In this document: positions 1 to 7,671 of the stretch, one piece after another
Position numbering within the stretch: position 1 is the stretch's first letter
Layout: every line of letters begins with the position of its first letter
Made by a program: the position numbers and the translations under genes
Source of the DNA: Hyphomicrobiaceae bacterium
GTDB taxonomy: Bacteria > Pseudomonadota > Alphaproteobacteria > Rhizobiales > Hyphomicrobiaceae
Reading direction: 5' to 3'
Assembly (NCBI GenBank): GCA_043719045.1
Contig: JAYSUN010000433.1
Span: forward strand, 1-34,622
DNA: 34,622 nucleotides
Notes under the pieces: generated by a model
What the model saw: only the letters and a program-made list of their open reading frames with translations
What the model was told of the DNA's origin: nothing
Database searches by the model: none

Positions 1-64
1 TGGTCTTTGTCTATCAGAATGCTCTTTTGTTCTCACTTAACCCTCCCTCGATTGTTGCGTGCCC

Positions 65-93
65 CAGTGATGCACTTTTAAAGTGCATCACTG
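65..93. repeat. 29-bp perfect palindrome (14-bp arms around one central T): CAGTGATGCACTTT-T-AAAGTGCATCACTG
   Basis: Checked base by base: positions 65-78 pair perfectly with 80-93. It lies in an AT-rich non-coding stretch 3' of the DUF721 gene. Confidence 0.9.
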
Positions 94-154
94 CAAATAT
101 CAATCTTTAGTGGTATTAGCCGATATGCTCACGCGATGTCAATAGAATCTTCAA

Positions 155-179
155 TTTTTACATCTTAAAGGTGTAAAAA
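155..179. repeat. 25-bp near-perfect palindrome TTTTTACATCTT-A-AAGGTGTAAAAA (one mismatch, T163/G171)
   Basis: Base-by-base pairing of 155-166 with 168-179. It shares the central CTT(T)AAAG core with the 65-93 palindrome. Confidence 0.85.
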
Positions 180-237
180 CTGCAGAACGCGCAGGCCTCA
201 TCTTGCAAATATGTGCTGAGGCTTCAGTGACCTGAAG

Positions 238-792
238 TCACGGGCCATTGGCTTTTCCGCGTTGAATATTCGCCCCCAATTTCGCCAGAGACAGTGCCAG
301 CGGATCGTCGGTAGGCAGCTTGTTGGCAGCAGCAACGCGCGTGATTTCTTGAGGCGTTGGTGGAGTACGCAGCGGTGCCGTTTTGGGCCGCATGACAGGG
401 CCGTCGACGGGCATGAGATCGGTCACCGCCCGATAGCCGAAATAGGCGTTGATGCGAGCGATAATCGGTCCCTTCAAATACGGGATTTCATGCGCACGAC
501 CGCCCGCGACCCAGATTTCCAGAGTCGTCTTTTGGCCACGATGCAAGGGCTGGGAAGCCCGTTGTGTTTCGCGTTCGAGGCCAGGGGCTTTGGGCCAACG
601 AATGCGCCGTGGCGAGGTAAACGCTGAGAGCTGTGGCCCGACAATCGCGGGCCAATTCATAATGATTTCAGCCGTGTGCAGGCCATGCGCTTCACGAGCC
701 TTAGTCGTAGCCTTGGGCACGAAAGTTCCAACCGCGCGGAAACTCCACGTCGGATCTTTGCGAAAACCTGTCGCAGGCGGTGTGGGGCTCAT
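238..792 (-). CDS. DUF721 (DciA-like) domain protein
   Basis: The track ORF is 238..936. I trimmed it to the internal Met (MSPTPPATG..., ATG at 790-792) so that it no longer overlaps ispE. The segment ...AEIIMNWPAIVGPQLSAFTSPRRIRWP...TLEIWVAGGRAHEIPYLKGPIIARINAYFGYRAVTDL resembles alphaproteobacterial DUF721 proteins as I recall them. Confidence 0.55.
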   Translation of the reverse strand: MSPTPPATGFRKDPTWSFRAVGTFVPKATTKAREAHGLHTAEIIMNWPAIVGPQLSAFTSPRRIRWPKAPGLERETQRASQPLHRGQKTTLEIWVAGGRAHEIPYLKGPIIARINAYFGYRAVTDLMPVDGPVMRPKTAPLRTPPTPQEITRVAAANKLPTDDPLALSLAKLGANIQRGKANGP

Positions 793-838
793 GGGTGACA
801 GCTTAGCAGAACTGGATTGGGTAACGCGAGTGGCGCAT

Positions 839-1681
839 TCAACGCAACACCGTCGGCTTGACCCACCAGTCAGGATGCTCCGTGCTGATGTTTTCAGCCG
901 CCCGTTTTGCAGTGGCAGCTGAAATGAAAACGCCAAAACAGGTCGGGCCTGCGCCGGACAAGCGAACGAAACGGCGGCCAGGCGCTGCTTCCAACGCGCT
1001 CAGTACGTCAACAATGGCGGGCATGACCGATCTGGCGGCTGACTGCAGATCATTGCGGCCGGCCGCGATCTCTTCATCCAACGGCAAACTCACGGCAGCG
1101 TGGACTGCCCGCAGAGGCCCTGCGTTCAGGTGGCTGAAAATTGCGGTTGTCTTGTTGGCTGGCACCGGCGCTAGCGGATTGACCAACACAGCGGCCAACG
1201 GCAAAAACCCCACCAGGTCTGTCACGCGTTCGCCCACCCCCTGCATTCGCACAGCCATGTTGTGCAAACAGACTGGCACGTCAGCACCAAGCGACAGGGC
1301 GACTGCCGCCCAATCGACCGCCGCGTCGGGATGAAGGCGCTGCAGAACACGCAGAACTGCCGCTGCATCAGCCGATCCACCCCCGATCCCAGCTGCGACG
1401 GGCAGGTGTTTCACCAAGCTGATCTTGAACTTTTGTGTGGTCCCGATAGCCGAACGCGCAACGTCTAATGCCGATTGCACCAGATTATCATGGCCCGTCA
1501 ATGCCGCAGCGAACGGACCTTCGACAACGATTTCATCGTTTTTGGCAGCCTCCAGCGTCAACCGATCGCCAACATCTGCGAAAGCCACCAGGCTATCCAA
1601 CTCATGATATCCGTCCGGCCGTTTGCCGAGCACACGCAATATCAGGTTCACCTTGGCCCGAGCCATCTCGGTCTGCTGCAT
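839..1681 (-). CDS. ispE: 4-diphosphocytidyl-2-C-methyl-D-erythritol kinase
   Basis: ARAKVNLILRVLGKRPDGYHELDSLVAFADVGDRL is a typical IspE N-terminus. The GHMP-kinase glycine motif PVAAGIGGGSADAAAVL is present. Start set at Met56 of the track ORF (MQQTEMARAKVNL), which removes a non-homologous N-terminal extension. Confidence 0.9.
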   Translation of the reverse strand: MQQTEMARAKVNLILRVLGKRPDGYHELDSLVAFADVGDRLTLEAAKNDEIVVEGPFAAALTGHDNLVQSALDVARSAIGTTQKFKISLVKHLPVAAGIGGGSADAAAVLRVLQRLHPDAAVDWAAVALSLGADVPVCLHNMAVRMQGVGERVTDLVGFLPLAAVLVNPLAPVPANKTTAIFSHLNAGPLRAVHAAVSLPLDEEIAAGRNDLQSAARSVMPAIVDVLSALEAAPGRRFVRLSGAGPTCFGVFISAATAKRAAENISTEHPDWWVKPTVLR

Positions 1682-1741
1682 TGTTGCTCCGTGCCCTCGA
1701 TCTGTTATCACCGCTCGAACCTGCTGTGAGCGAGATCCGCA

Positions 1742-3274
1742 ATGTCTGACGCCAATCTGTATAGCCTGCTCGACGCGAGCTTTGAACGTGCTGGCGACAA
1801 AGTTGCGATGGTGATCCCCGGTGGGTCGTCGATCACCTACCGTCAACTCCGATCAGCCTCGGCGCGCTTTGCCAATACGCTGGTTGCGCTCGGCGTCAAA
1901 CCCGGCGACCGCGTGATGATGCAGGCGGACAAGTCGATCACAGCGGTCGGCGTCTACTTGGCGACGCTACGCTGTGGCGCGATCTTCAACCCGCTGAATA
2001 CCGCCTATACTGCGACGGAGTTGGACTACTTCATTGCCGACGCCAAGCCGACCGTTTTGATTGTAGCAGCTTCAGCTCAATCCAAGGTCGCAGCACTCGC
2101 CTCGGCAAAATCGGTCGCACACATCGAGACCCTGGAGCCCGATGGCACTGGCTCAATTCTGGATCTCGCGTTCAAGCAAAGCGATACCCATCCGATTGTC
2201 CCGCGCGGTCCGAAAGATCTGGCGGCACTTCTTTACACTTCCGGCACCACCGGCCGCTCGAAGGGTGCCATGATCACGCATGAAAATCTCGTGTCCAATG
2301 CTCAGACATTGTCGTCGTATTGGGGGGTCTCATCCAACGATGTCCTGCTGCATGCCCTGCCGATTTTCCATGTCCACGGCTTGTTCGTGGCGCTGCACAC
2401 GGCCCTGCTGAATGGCGTGAGCATGCACTGGCTCGCCAAATTCGAGGTGGGGCCGGTGTTGAAACTATTGCCCGCCTCAACCGTGATGATGGGTGTGCCA
2501 ACGTTCTATACCCGCTTGTTGAGCGACGCCCGTTTTGGCAAGGACCACTGTCAGAATATGCGGCTGTTCATTGCGGGCTCGGCACCGTTGTTGGCCGAAA
2601 CCCATGTCGCATTTGAACAGCGCACCGGCCACAAAATTCTTGAACGCTACGGCATGACCGAAGCCGGTATGATCACCTCAAACCCCTACAAGGGCGGCGA
2701 ACGCCTTGCCGGCACAGTCGGCTATGCTTTGCCGGGTGTGCATGTCCGTGTGGCGACTCCCGAGGGTCAGGTTTTGCCGGTTGGTCACGTCGGTGTGCTC
2801 GAGGTCAAAGGCCCCAATATCTTCATCGGCTACTGGCAAAATCCTGAAAAGACCAAGGCAGACTTCCGCACCGACGGCTATTTCATCACCGGTGATCTGT
2901 CTCAAATAGCGCCCGACGGCCGCGTCACCATTGTCGGGCGGGCCAAGGATCTGATCATTTCAGGTGGCTTCAATGTTTATCCAAAGGAGATCGAAGAGGA
3001 GATCAACGCCCTTCCCGGCGTAGCAGAATCGGCCGTCATCGGCGTGCCGCATCCAGATTTTGGTGAGGCGGTGCTGGCAGTGATTGCCCCGGTCTCGGGT
3101 GCCACATCACCAAGTGAAGCTGTTGTCATCGCGACGCTCGCCGACCGGTTGGCAAAGTTCAAATTGCCCAAGCGAGTTTTTGTCATGGCCGACTTGCCTC
3201 GCAACGCCATGGGCAAAGTCCAGAAGGCCGAGTTGCGCAAAACCTACGGTGACTTGTTCCAGGGCAAAGTATGA
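1742..3274 (+). CDS. matB: Malonyl-CoA synthetase (AMP-forming acyl-CoA ligase, MatB type)
   Basis: Motifs LYTSGTTGRSKGAM, HALPIFHVHGLFVA, MGVPTFYTRLL, ERYGMTE, GYF.TGDL, GGFNVYPKEIE and the C-terminal PRNAMGKVQK are present. From memory it aligns end to end with Rhodopseudomonas palustris MatB. Confidence 0.85.
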   Translation: MSDANLYSLLDASFERAGDKVAMVIPGGSSITYRQLRSASARFANTLVALGVKPGDRVMMQADKSITAVGVYLATLRCGAIFNPLNTAYTATELDYFIADAKPTVLIVAASAQSKVAALASAKSVAHIETLEPDGTGSILDLAFKQSDTHPIVPRGPKDLAALLYTSGTTGRSKGAMITHENLVSNAQTLSSYWGVSSNDVLLHALPIFHVHGLFVALHTALLNGVSMHWLAKFEVGPVLKLLPASTVMMGVPTFYTRLLSDARFGKDHCQNMRLFIAGSAPLLAETHVAFEQRTGHKILERYGMTEAGMITSNPYKGGERLAGTVGYALPGVHVRVATPEGQVLPVGHVGVLEVKGPNIFIGYWQNPEKTKADFRTDGYFITGDLSQIAPDGRVTIVGRAKDLIISGGFNVYPKEIEEEINALPGVAESAVIGVPHPDFGEAVLAVIAPVSGATSPSEAVVIATLADRLAKFKLPKRVFVMADLPRNAMGKVQKAELRKTYGDLFQGKV

Positions 3275-3332
3275 GGCGACGATTGCCGCACCGTCTTGAA
3301 AAGTTGCCAGCAACATTCGCGCTGGCCGGCTC

Positions 3333-3362
3333 TCCCTCTCGACTGCGGTGAGCCGAGAGGGA
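3333..3362 (+). terminator. Candidate stem-loop downstream of matB (TCCCTCTCG / CGAGAGGGA, 12-nt loop)
   Basis: A 9-bp perfect stem pairs 3333-3341 with 3354-3362. Only a weak T tract (CATTTGC) follows, so termination activity is uncertain. Confidence 0.3.
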
Positions 3363-3384
3363 CATTTGCAAGCCACTGAAATAG

Positions 3385-3552
3385 CCGGTGTGCCGGGCGC
3401 GGCCGCTGCGGTTTGGCGCGCTTAAAGCGCACATGCCCGATATCTCAGCAAAAGTTTTGACCGACCGTTTGCGCCACCTCGAGAGGGCTCAACTGGTCAG
3501 CCGCGATTACCGGCCAACGATTCCGCCGGCCGTCATTTCGCCCCTAGCGTAG
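3385..3552 (+). pseudogene. HxlR-family winged-helix regulator remnant (truncated at both ends)
   Basis: My own translation of this frame gives ...ARPLRFWRALKAHMPDISAKVLTDRLRHLERAQLVSRDYRPTIPPAVISPLA*. This matches the HxlR core pattern (RF.EL...IP.IS.K.LT.RLR.LE..GLV.R..Y...PP.VEY.LT). An in-frame TAG sits at 3382-3384, and both the N-terminal third and the C-terminal tail are missing. Confidence 0.55.
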
Positions 3553-3578
3553 CTTCAGGCGCATGCTAGCTTAGGGCC

Positions 3579-3812
3579 ATGCCAGCACCGACACTTTTCG
3601 ATGTCATCGTCACGAAACTGAAGGCCGCCGTGCCGGACGTGCAGCGCGATGTCTTGCGGTTTATCGAAGCGATCGAGACCAAAGAGGCTTTGCAAGACGC
3701 GCGCTTTGAAGATTCGTTTGAGCCGTTTTTTGGCCTAACACAGGGGGCTTATGTGTTCGATGGCGATCCGGTCGATCTGCAGCGGAAGTTGCGGAGCACG
3801 AAAGACCAGTGA
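3579..3812 (+). CDS. Type II antitoxin, DUF2281-like, partner of the PIN toxin
   Basis: 77 aa. The N-terminus (...KLKAAVPDVQRDVLRFIEAIETKE) and the acidic C-terminus (FDGDPVDL) fit the DUF2281-style antitoxin pattern. Its TGA stop (3810-3812) overlaps the GTG start of the PIN gene at 3809. Confidence 0.6.
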   Translation: MPAPTLFDVIVTKLKAAVPDVQRDVLRFIEAIETKEALQDARFEDSFEPFFGLTQGAYVFDGDPVDLQRKLRSTKDQ

Positions 3813-4180
3813 GCGGTTTCGTTCTGGATACCAACATCATCATCGGTCTACTCGATGGCCGCGAGTCGGCGCGTCACGTCCTGGAACAGCAGCGCGCTCG
3901 TCCATCGAATTGCGGGGTCAGCCAAATCACCCGACTTGAGTTGCTGGGTTTTGCCGGATTGTCGGCCGGTGAGGACGGCAAGATTCGTGCGTTTTTGTCG
4001 ACCGTGACGATGTTGCGCTTGGATGACTTCGTCGAAGCACGCGTGATCGCCTTGCGACGCACGACGCGGCTGACGTTGCCAGATGCGATCGTGGTTGCAA
4101 CCGCACTGGTCAACGGGCGGACGCTTTTGACCCTGGATGCGTTGCTGGAGGCTGCATTCACTCTGGCGGCCCGCCGTTAG
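3809..4180 (+). CDS. vapC: PIN-domain ribonuclease toxin (VapC family)
   Basis: FVLDTNIIIGLL carries the first PIN acidic residue. The C-terminal LPDAIVVATALVNGRTLLTLD is also typical. Size is 123 aa, and a GTGA overlap couples it to the upstream small ORF. Confidence 0.8.
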   Translation: MSGFVLDTNIIIGLLDGRESARHVLEQQRARPSNCGVSQITRLELLGFAGLSAGEDGKIRAFLSTVTMLRLDDFVEARVIALRRTTRLTLPDAIVVATALVNGRTLLTLDALLEAAFTLAARR

Positions 4181-4293
4181 TCCATATCGCGATGGCGCCC
4201 AAAAGCCACAGCTTGGGAGCCAAAGTCGCTGGCTGGGCGCCGCAGCATCGGTTCGGGCTTGGCCAACACCGGCGATGCACCTACTATTACTTC

Positions 4294-4866
4294 ATGAAAT
4301 TATTGAGACATTTGGTCCAGGCGGGAACCGCCCTGGTCGGATTAGCGGCTTTGCCAGCCCAAGCTGTGGCCCAACCGCCCGAGCCCTTTGTCCGCGAAAT
4401 CAAACTTGGCATTTTGGCCCACGACGTCCCGGAGATCTGGAGCGGGTTCCGGCGAGAGCGCGGCATCGACATCAACGCCGAAGTCATCTTGTCGCCGTCG
4501 TTGGCATTTCTTGGCGGGCATTTCCGACCAGCTGTTGGCGGCTCACTGAACCTTCAAAACGGTGGTTTCGACCGTGGCACATCCAAGGTCTATGCCGATG
4601 TCCGCTGGATGTATGAGGCCAGCAATGGGTTGTTTATCGGGCTCGGCATCGGGGCTGCTTGGCACAACGGCTTGCTCGATCCCGTCGACCCCGCGCGCAA
4701 GGCGCTTGGCCGCCGCGTGCTGTTCCACTTCCCGTTGGAAATCGGGTACCGCTTGGACGCGCACAACAGCCTTTCGCTGTATTTTGACCACATCTCAAAC
4801 GCCTACACCAAACCGTCGAACGAGGGGCTCGACACCCTTGGCGTCCGCTACGGCTACAAATTCTGA
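4294..4866 (+). CDS. Acyloxyacyl hydrolase / lipid A 3-O-deacylase (PagL-like) outer-membrane protein
   Basis: Start reset to MKLLRHLVQAGTALVGLAALPAQAVA, a Sec signal peptide. The product is beta-barrel-like with a C-terminal aromatic residue (YGYKF). It has an HISNA motif resembling the PagL His-x-Ser catalytic pair. Confidence 0.6.
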   Translation: MKLLRHLVQAGTALVGLAALPAQAVAQPPEPFVREIKLGILAHDVPEIWSGFRRERGIDINAEVILSPSLAFLGGHFRPAVGGSLNLQNGGFDRGTSKVYADVRWMYEASNGLFIGLGIGAAWHNGLLDPVDPARKALGRRVLFHFPLEIGYRLDAHNSLSLYFDHISNAYTKPSNEGLDTLGVRYGYKF

Positions 4867-4971
4867 CGCGGCTCGTTTGCTTGTGGGCTTGACACACGCG
4901 TCGTGACGGCGTGGCCTCCGCCGCAAACCGGCTTGCGCCCGACAAGAAGTGCAAGTGCCAAGACCCGCGAC

Positions 4972-5799
4972 TTACTCAACCTTGCTCTTGGCTTTCTCGA
5001 TTCGTTCAACCACCCAGATCGAGATGAAGTAGAGGCCGACCGTGGGGGCCATCATAGCGAGCATCGAGAACGGGTCAGGCGGCGACAAGACGGCTGACGC
5101 TGCAGTGATGGCGACAATGGCGTAGCGCTTAAAATCTCTCAGGCCCTGCGACGTGACGATGCCGGCTTGCGCGAGGAGTGCCAGGACGACCGGTAACTGG
5201 AAAATGACGCCAAAACCGAGGATCAGCTGCATGATCAGCGACAAATACTCAGCGATGCGCGGCATCAGCTCGAAGGGTTTCTTGACATCGGCGCCTGCGG
5301 TGATCGAGCTGCCCAACGCAAACTTGATCAGCAATGGCATGACCACAAAATAGACCACCATCGCGCCGAGAATGAACAGAAGCCACGTCCACAACAGATA
5401 GGGACGAAACGCCTGTTTCTCGTTTTTGTAGAGGCCGGGGGCGACGAACTTATACAGCTGATAGGCGGTGATCGGGAACGAGAGGAACAAGGCCCCGAAC
5501 ATCGCCAGCTTGATATTGGTGAACAATTCCTCGAGCAGACCGGTTGCGATCATCACGATGTTGGGCGCGACATTGCGGAGCGGCCAGGTCAGTACGCCGT
5601 AGATCTGCGACGCGAACATGAAGCACAGGACGAACATCGCAAAGAAGGCATAACCCGAATAGATCAGCCGCTGACGCAGCTCGATCAGGTGCTCCATCAA
5701 TGGCGCTTTAGAGGCCTCAATCTCGTCATGCCCCTCAGGCTTGTCGGGCTTGATCGGCTCAAGCGGAGATGTGGGTTTGGTTGCGACCATATCCTGCAT
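4972..5799 (-). CDS. tatC: Twin-arginine translocase subunit TatC
   Basis: APLMEHLIELRQRLIYS is followed by a six-TM hydrophobic profile. The gene lies immediately downstream of tatB. Confidence 0.95.
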   Translation of the reverse strand: MQDMVATKPTSPLEPIKPDKPEGHDEIEASKAPLMEHLIELRQRLIYSGYAFFAMFVLCFMFASQIYGVLTWPLRNVAPNIVMIATGLLEELFTNIKLAMFGALFLSFPITAYQLYKFVAPGLYKNEKQAFRPYLLWTWLLFILGAMVVYFVVMPLLIKFALGSSITAGADVKKPFELMPRIAEYLSLIMQLILGFGVIFQLPVVLALLAQAGIVTSQGLRDFKRYAIVAITAASAVLSPPDPFSMLAMMAPTVGLYFISIWVVERIEKAKSKVE

Positions 5800-5802
5800 G
5801 AT

Positions 5803-6264
5803 CTACGCCCCGACTTTGACTGGAACGGCGGGGGCTGGGACGTTGGGTACAGGTGCGGCGGGTACAGGTGCTGCCGGCTCAGCCACCGCCGGCATCGATG
5901 ACGCTGGCTCCGCAACAGACGGCCCGAGGGCGTCAATCCGGCCGAACTCAGGTGGCGGGTTCTGCGCGAGCGAAGCTTCCAGTTCAGCGTTAGCGGTTGC
6001 GACCTCTTTTTCGACACTCATCTCAGCTTCGCGCATGGTTGTTGCCATGTCCTGGCCCATCGCCTCGACGTCCTTCTTGATGGAGTCGAGTTCACTTTCG
6101 CGCATGGCGTCATCGAATTGAGTGCGAAATTCAGCGGCCTGACGCCGGATCATGCCGACATACTTGCCAATCGTGCGGAGCAGCAACGGCAATTCCTTCG
6201 GTCCGACGACGATCAATGCGACGAGGCCGAGGATCAAGAGTTTCGATGACGCGAGGTCGAACAT
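5803..6264 (-). CDS. tatB: Twin-arginine translocase subunit TatB
   Basis: MFDLASSKLLILGLVALIVVGPKELP is the TatA/B-family N-terminal TM plus amphipathic helix. The tail is Pro/Ala-rich. Confidence 0.9.
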   Translation of the reverse strand: MFDLASSKLLILGLVALIVVGPKELPLLLRTIGKYVGMIRRQAAEFRTQFDDAMRESELDSIKKDVEAMGQDMATTMREAEMSVEKEVATANAELEASLAQNPPPEFGRIDALGPSVAEPASSMPAVAEPAAPVPAAPVPNVPAPAVPVKVGA

Positions 6265-6334
6265 CGTGCCGCTGACTGTCCTTGTGTTACAAAGTGATGG
6301 ATCGGCTCACGTTAAGTCTAATGGCAATGGCCAG

Positions 6335-6388
6335 AAACAACCAAGCGGGCCGAACGCTCTCGAATTGAACGCCGCCCGCTTGTTGTTT
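6335..6388. other. Bulged GC-rich hairpin in the tatA-tatB spacer (AAACAACCAAGCGGGC ... GCCCGCTTGTTGTTT)
   Basis: Arms 6335-6350 and 6374-6388 pair with one bulged C. A/T-rich runs flank both sides. It could attenuate tatA to tatB read-through on the minus strand. Confidence 0.35.
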
Positions 6389-6460
6389 TGTGCACGAATT
6401 GTGCCTGCGGGCTGTTGCTGCCTGCGTGCAATGGGTCGTGTGGCACTGCGCCGTTACACC

Positions 6461-6694
6461 TCAGACGCTGGTCGTCTGATTGGTCTTGGTTTCCATCGGC
6501 TTTACAGCCTGGGTATCAATTGTCTTGGGCGGCTCGGGTTTTTTCGCCGCGTCGTCATCGGCCATGCCCTTTTTGAAGCTCTTGATGCCATCGGCCACGT
6601 CGCCCATGATCGACGAAATTTTACCTTTGCCGCCGAACAGGAGCAGCGCCACGGCCAGAAAGATCAGCCAGTGCCATACGCTCAAGCTACCCAT
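6461..6694 (-). CDS. tatA: Twin-arginine translocase subunit TatA
   Basis: [44 protein letters not shown] is a canonical TatA. Start set at the second Met of the track ORF. Confidence 0.9.
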   Translation of the reverse strand: MGSLSVWHWLIFLAVALLLFGGKGKISSIMGDVADGIKSFKKGMADDDAAKKPEPPKTIDTQAVKPMETKTNQTTSV

Positions 6695-6810
6695 TTGAAT
6701 CCACTCCACTTTGCAGCCCGTGCCGCTTTTGTTTCCAAACCACTATCGCAGAAAGATGTGGCGGCTTCAAGCAAAGCCATGGCTGGATGCAAAATTCTCA
6801 TTTTGGACCC

Positions 6811-7136
6811 GTGTGGCGTCGCGCCTTGGTTGATCGGTGTTCCGGCTCGACTGGTCTCAACCAAGGCGCGATGACCGCCACACTCAGCCAATGATTTTGC
6901 TCGTGGCCCTCATGTCGCGCCAAAATTGAAAGAAGTCGCGGCCATTCAGCAATTTTGGCGCGACGGGCCACGAGTGTGGCGTCGCGCCTTGGTTGATCGG
7001 TGTTCCGGCTCGACTGGTATCAACCAAGGCGCGATGAACGCCACACTCAGCCAATGATTTGCTCGTGGCCCTATTGTCGCGCCAAAATTGAAAGACGTCG
7101 CGGCAATTCAGCAATTTTGGCGCGACGGGCCACGAG
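6811..7136. repeat. Tandem duplication (2 units of about 163 bp, nearly identical) of an intergenic element composed of two long imperfect hairpins
   Basis: Unit 1 is 6811-6973 and unit 2 is 6974-7136. They differ by only a few substitutions and a 1-nt indel. In unit 1, hairpin a is 6811-6883 (GTGTGGCG..GCGCCTTGGTTGA / TCAACCAAGGCGC..CGCCACAC). Hairpin b is 6900-6974 (CTCGTGGCCC..GTCGCGCCAAAATTG / CAATTTTGGCGCGAC..GGGCCACGAG). Confidence 0.9.
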
Positions 7137-7209
7137 TGGTCTGCATCGGCTTATTTCGCTCATGGGCGGTGCCCATGTCCAGCCGTCATTTGTGGACCGG
7201 TGCGAGAGT

Positions 7210-7287
7210 GCCAAGTGGACCTCCGAGGGCAAGTCCATCCGTACAATCGCGGCACTTCTAAATCGTGCCCGATTGTCAAAGTCGCGC
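7210..7287 (+). pseudogene. Possible scar of a recombinase/transposase-type helix-turn-helix
   Basis: The frame reads AKWTSEGKSIRTIAALLNRARLSKSR. This resembles the C-terminal HTH of serine recombinases and IS orfA proteins (..EGKSIR.IA.LL.VSRSTLYR). There is no catalytic domain and the surrounding ORF is junk-like. Confidence 0.25.
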
Positions 7288-7671
7288 GAAATGAGTCGAG
7301 ATACCGGCGATGACCAAGGCGTGGCTGGCAACAGTCTTGTCGAAGATCGGGTCTCTCGCCTGCGCGACTATCGCTACTGTTTTTTTGCAATTCTGGAGGC
7401 CGCCTTGCTCGCGCAGTGGGCGCCGTTGCCCGCATTGCCAGAGGTTGGTGCATGGCGGGCGAAGAACGGTGAAGCGCCAACCCGTCGGCGATCTTTTGTG
7501 TGGTATTCCAGACACATACAGGCCGAAATGGCTTCCAAAAAAGCAAACTGAGATTGAAAAAATCCTTCCACGATAGTCACTGTCAATCAGAAAAAAAGAC
7601 AATCCACAGAAATTAAATAAACGTCCCCATTGCCGAACGTGTTCACCGAAATTCAATTTCGGAGCGTTGAT

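Noticed and set aside
238-936. N-terminal extensions of track ORFs: 238..936, 839..1846, 4192..4866, 7630..8961, 8871..10454, 10421..11728, 13730..15805, 17733..18806, 18707..19702, 19665..20750, 25392..26312, 33268..34323.
   Set aside because: The extended starts overlap the upstream genes or add non-homologous Arg-rich sequence. Internal starts give proper signal peptides, RBS spacing or ATGA coupling, so I used those.
5845-5874. Tandem 2 x 15-bp repeat (GGGTACAGGTGC(G/T)GC) inside tatB.
   Set aside because: It encodes the low-complexity Pro/Ala-rich tail (AAPVPAAPVP) of TatB. This is ordinary slippage-type variation and not a separate feature.
6682-7114. ORFs 6682..6891(-) and 6884..7114(-), which encode a repeated peptide (ECG.HRALV.TSRAGTPINQGATPH).
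   Set aside because: The repeated peptide is simply a by-product of translating the tandem 163-bp hairpin repeat. There is no RBS or start logic, and the palindromic DNA structure explains the conservation.
7000-7551. 183-aa ORF spanning repeat unit 2 and the spacer.
   Set aside because: It starts inside the repeat and has no family resemblance apart from a 26-aa HTH-like patch. Its composition is junk-like. I kept only the patch, as a low-confidence scar.
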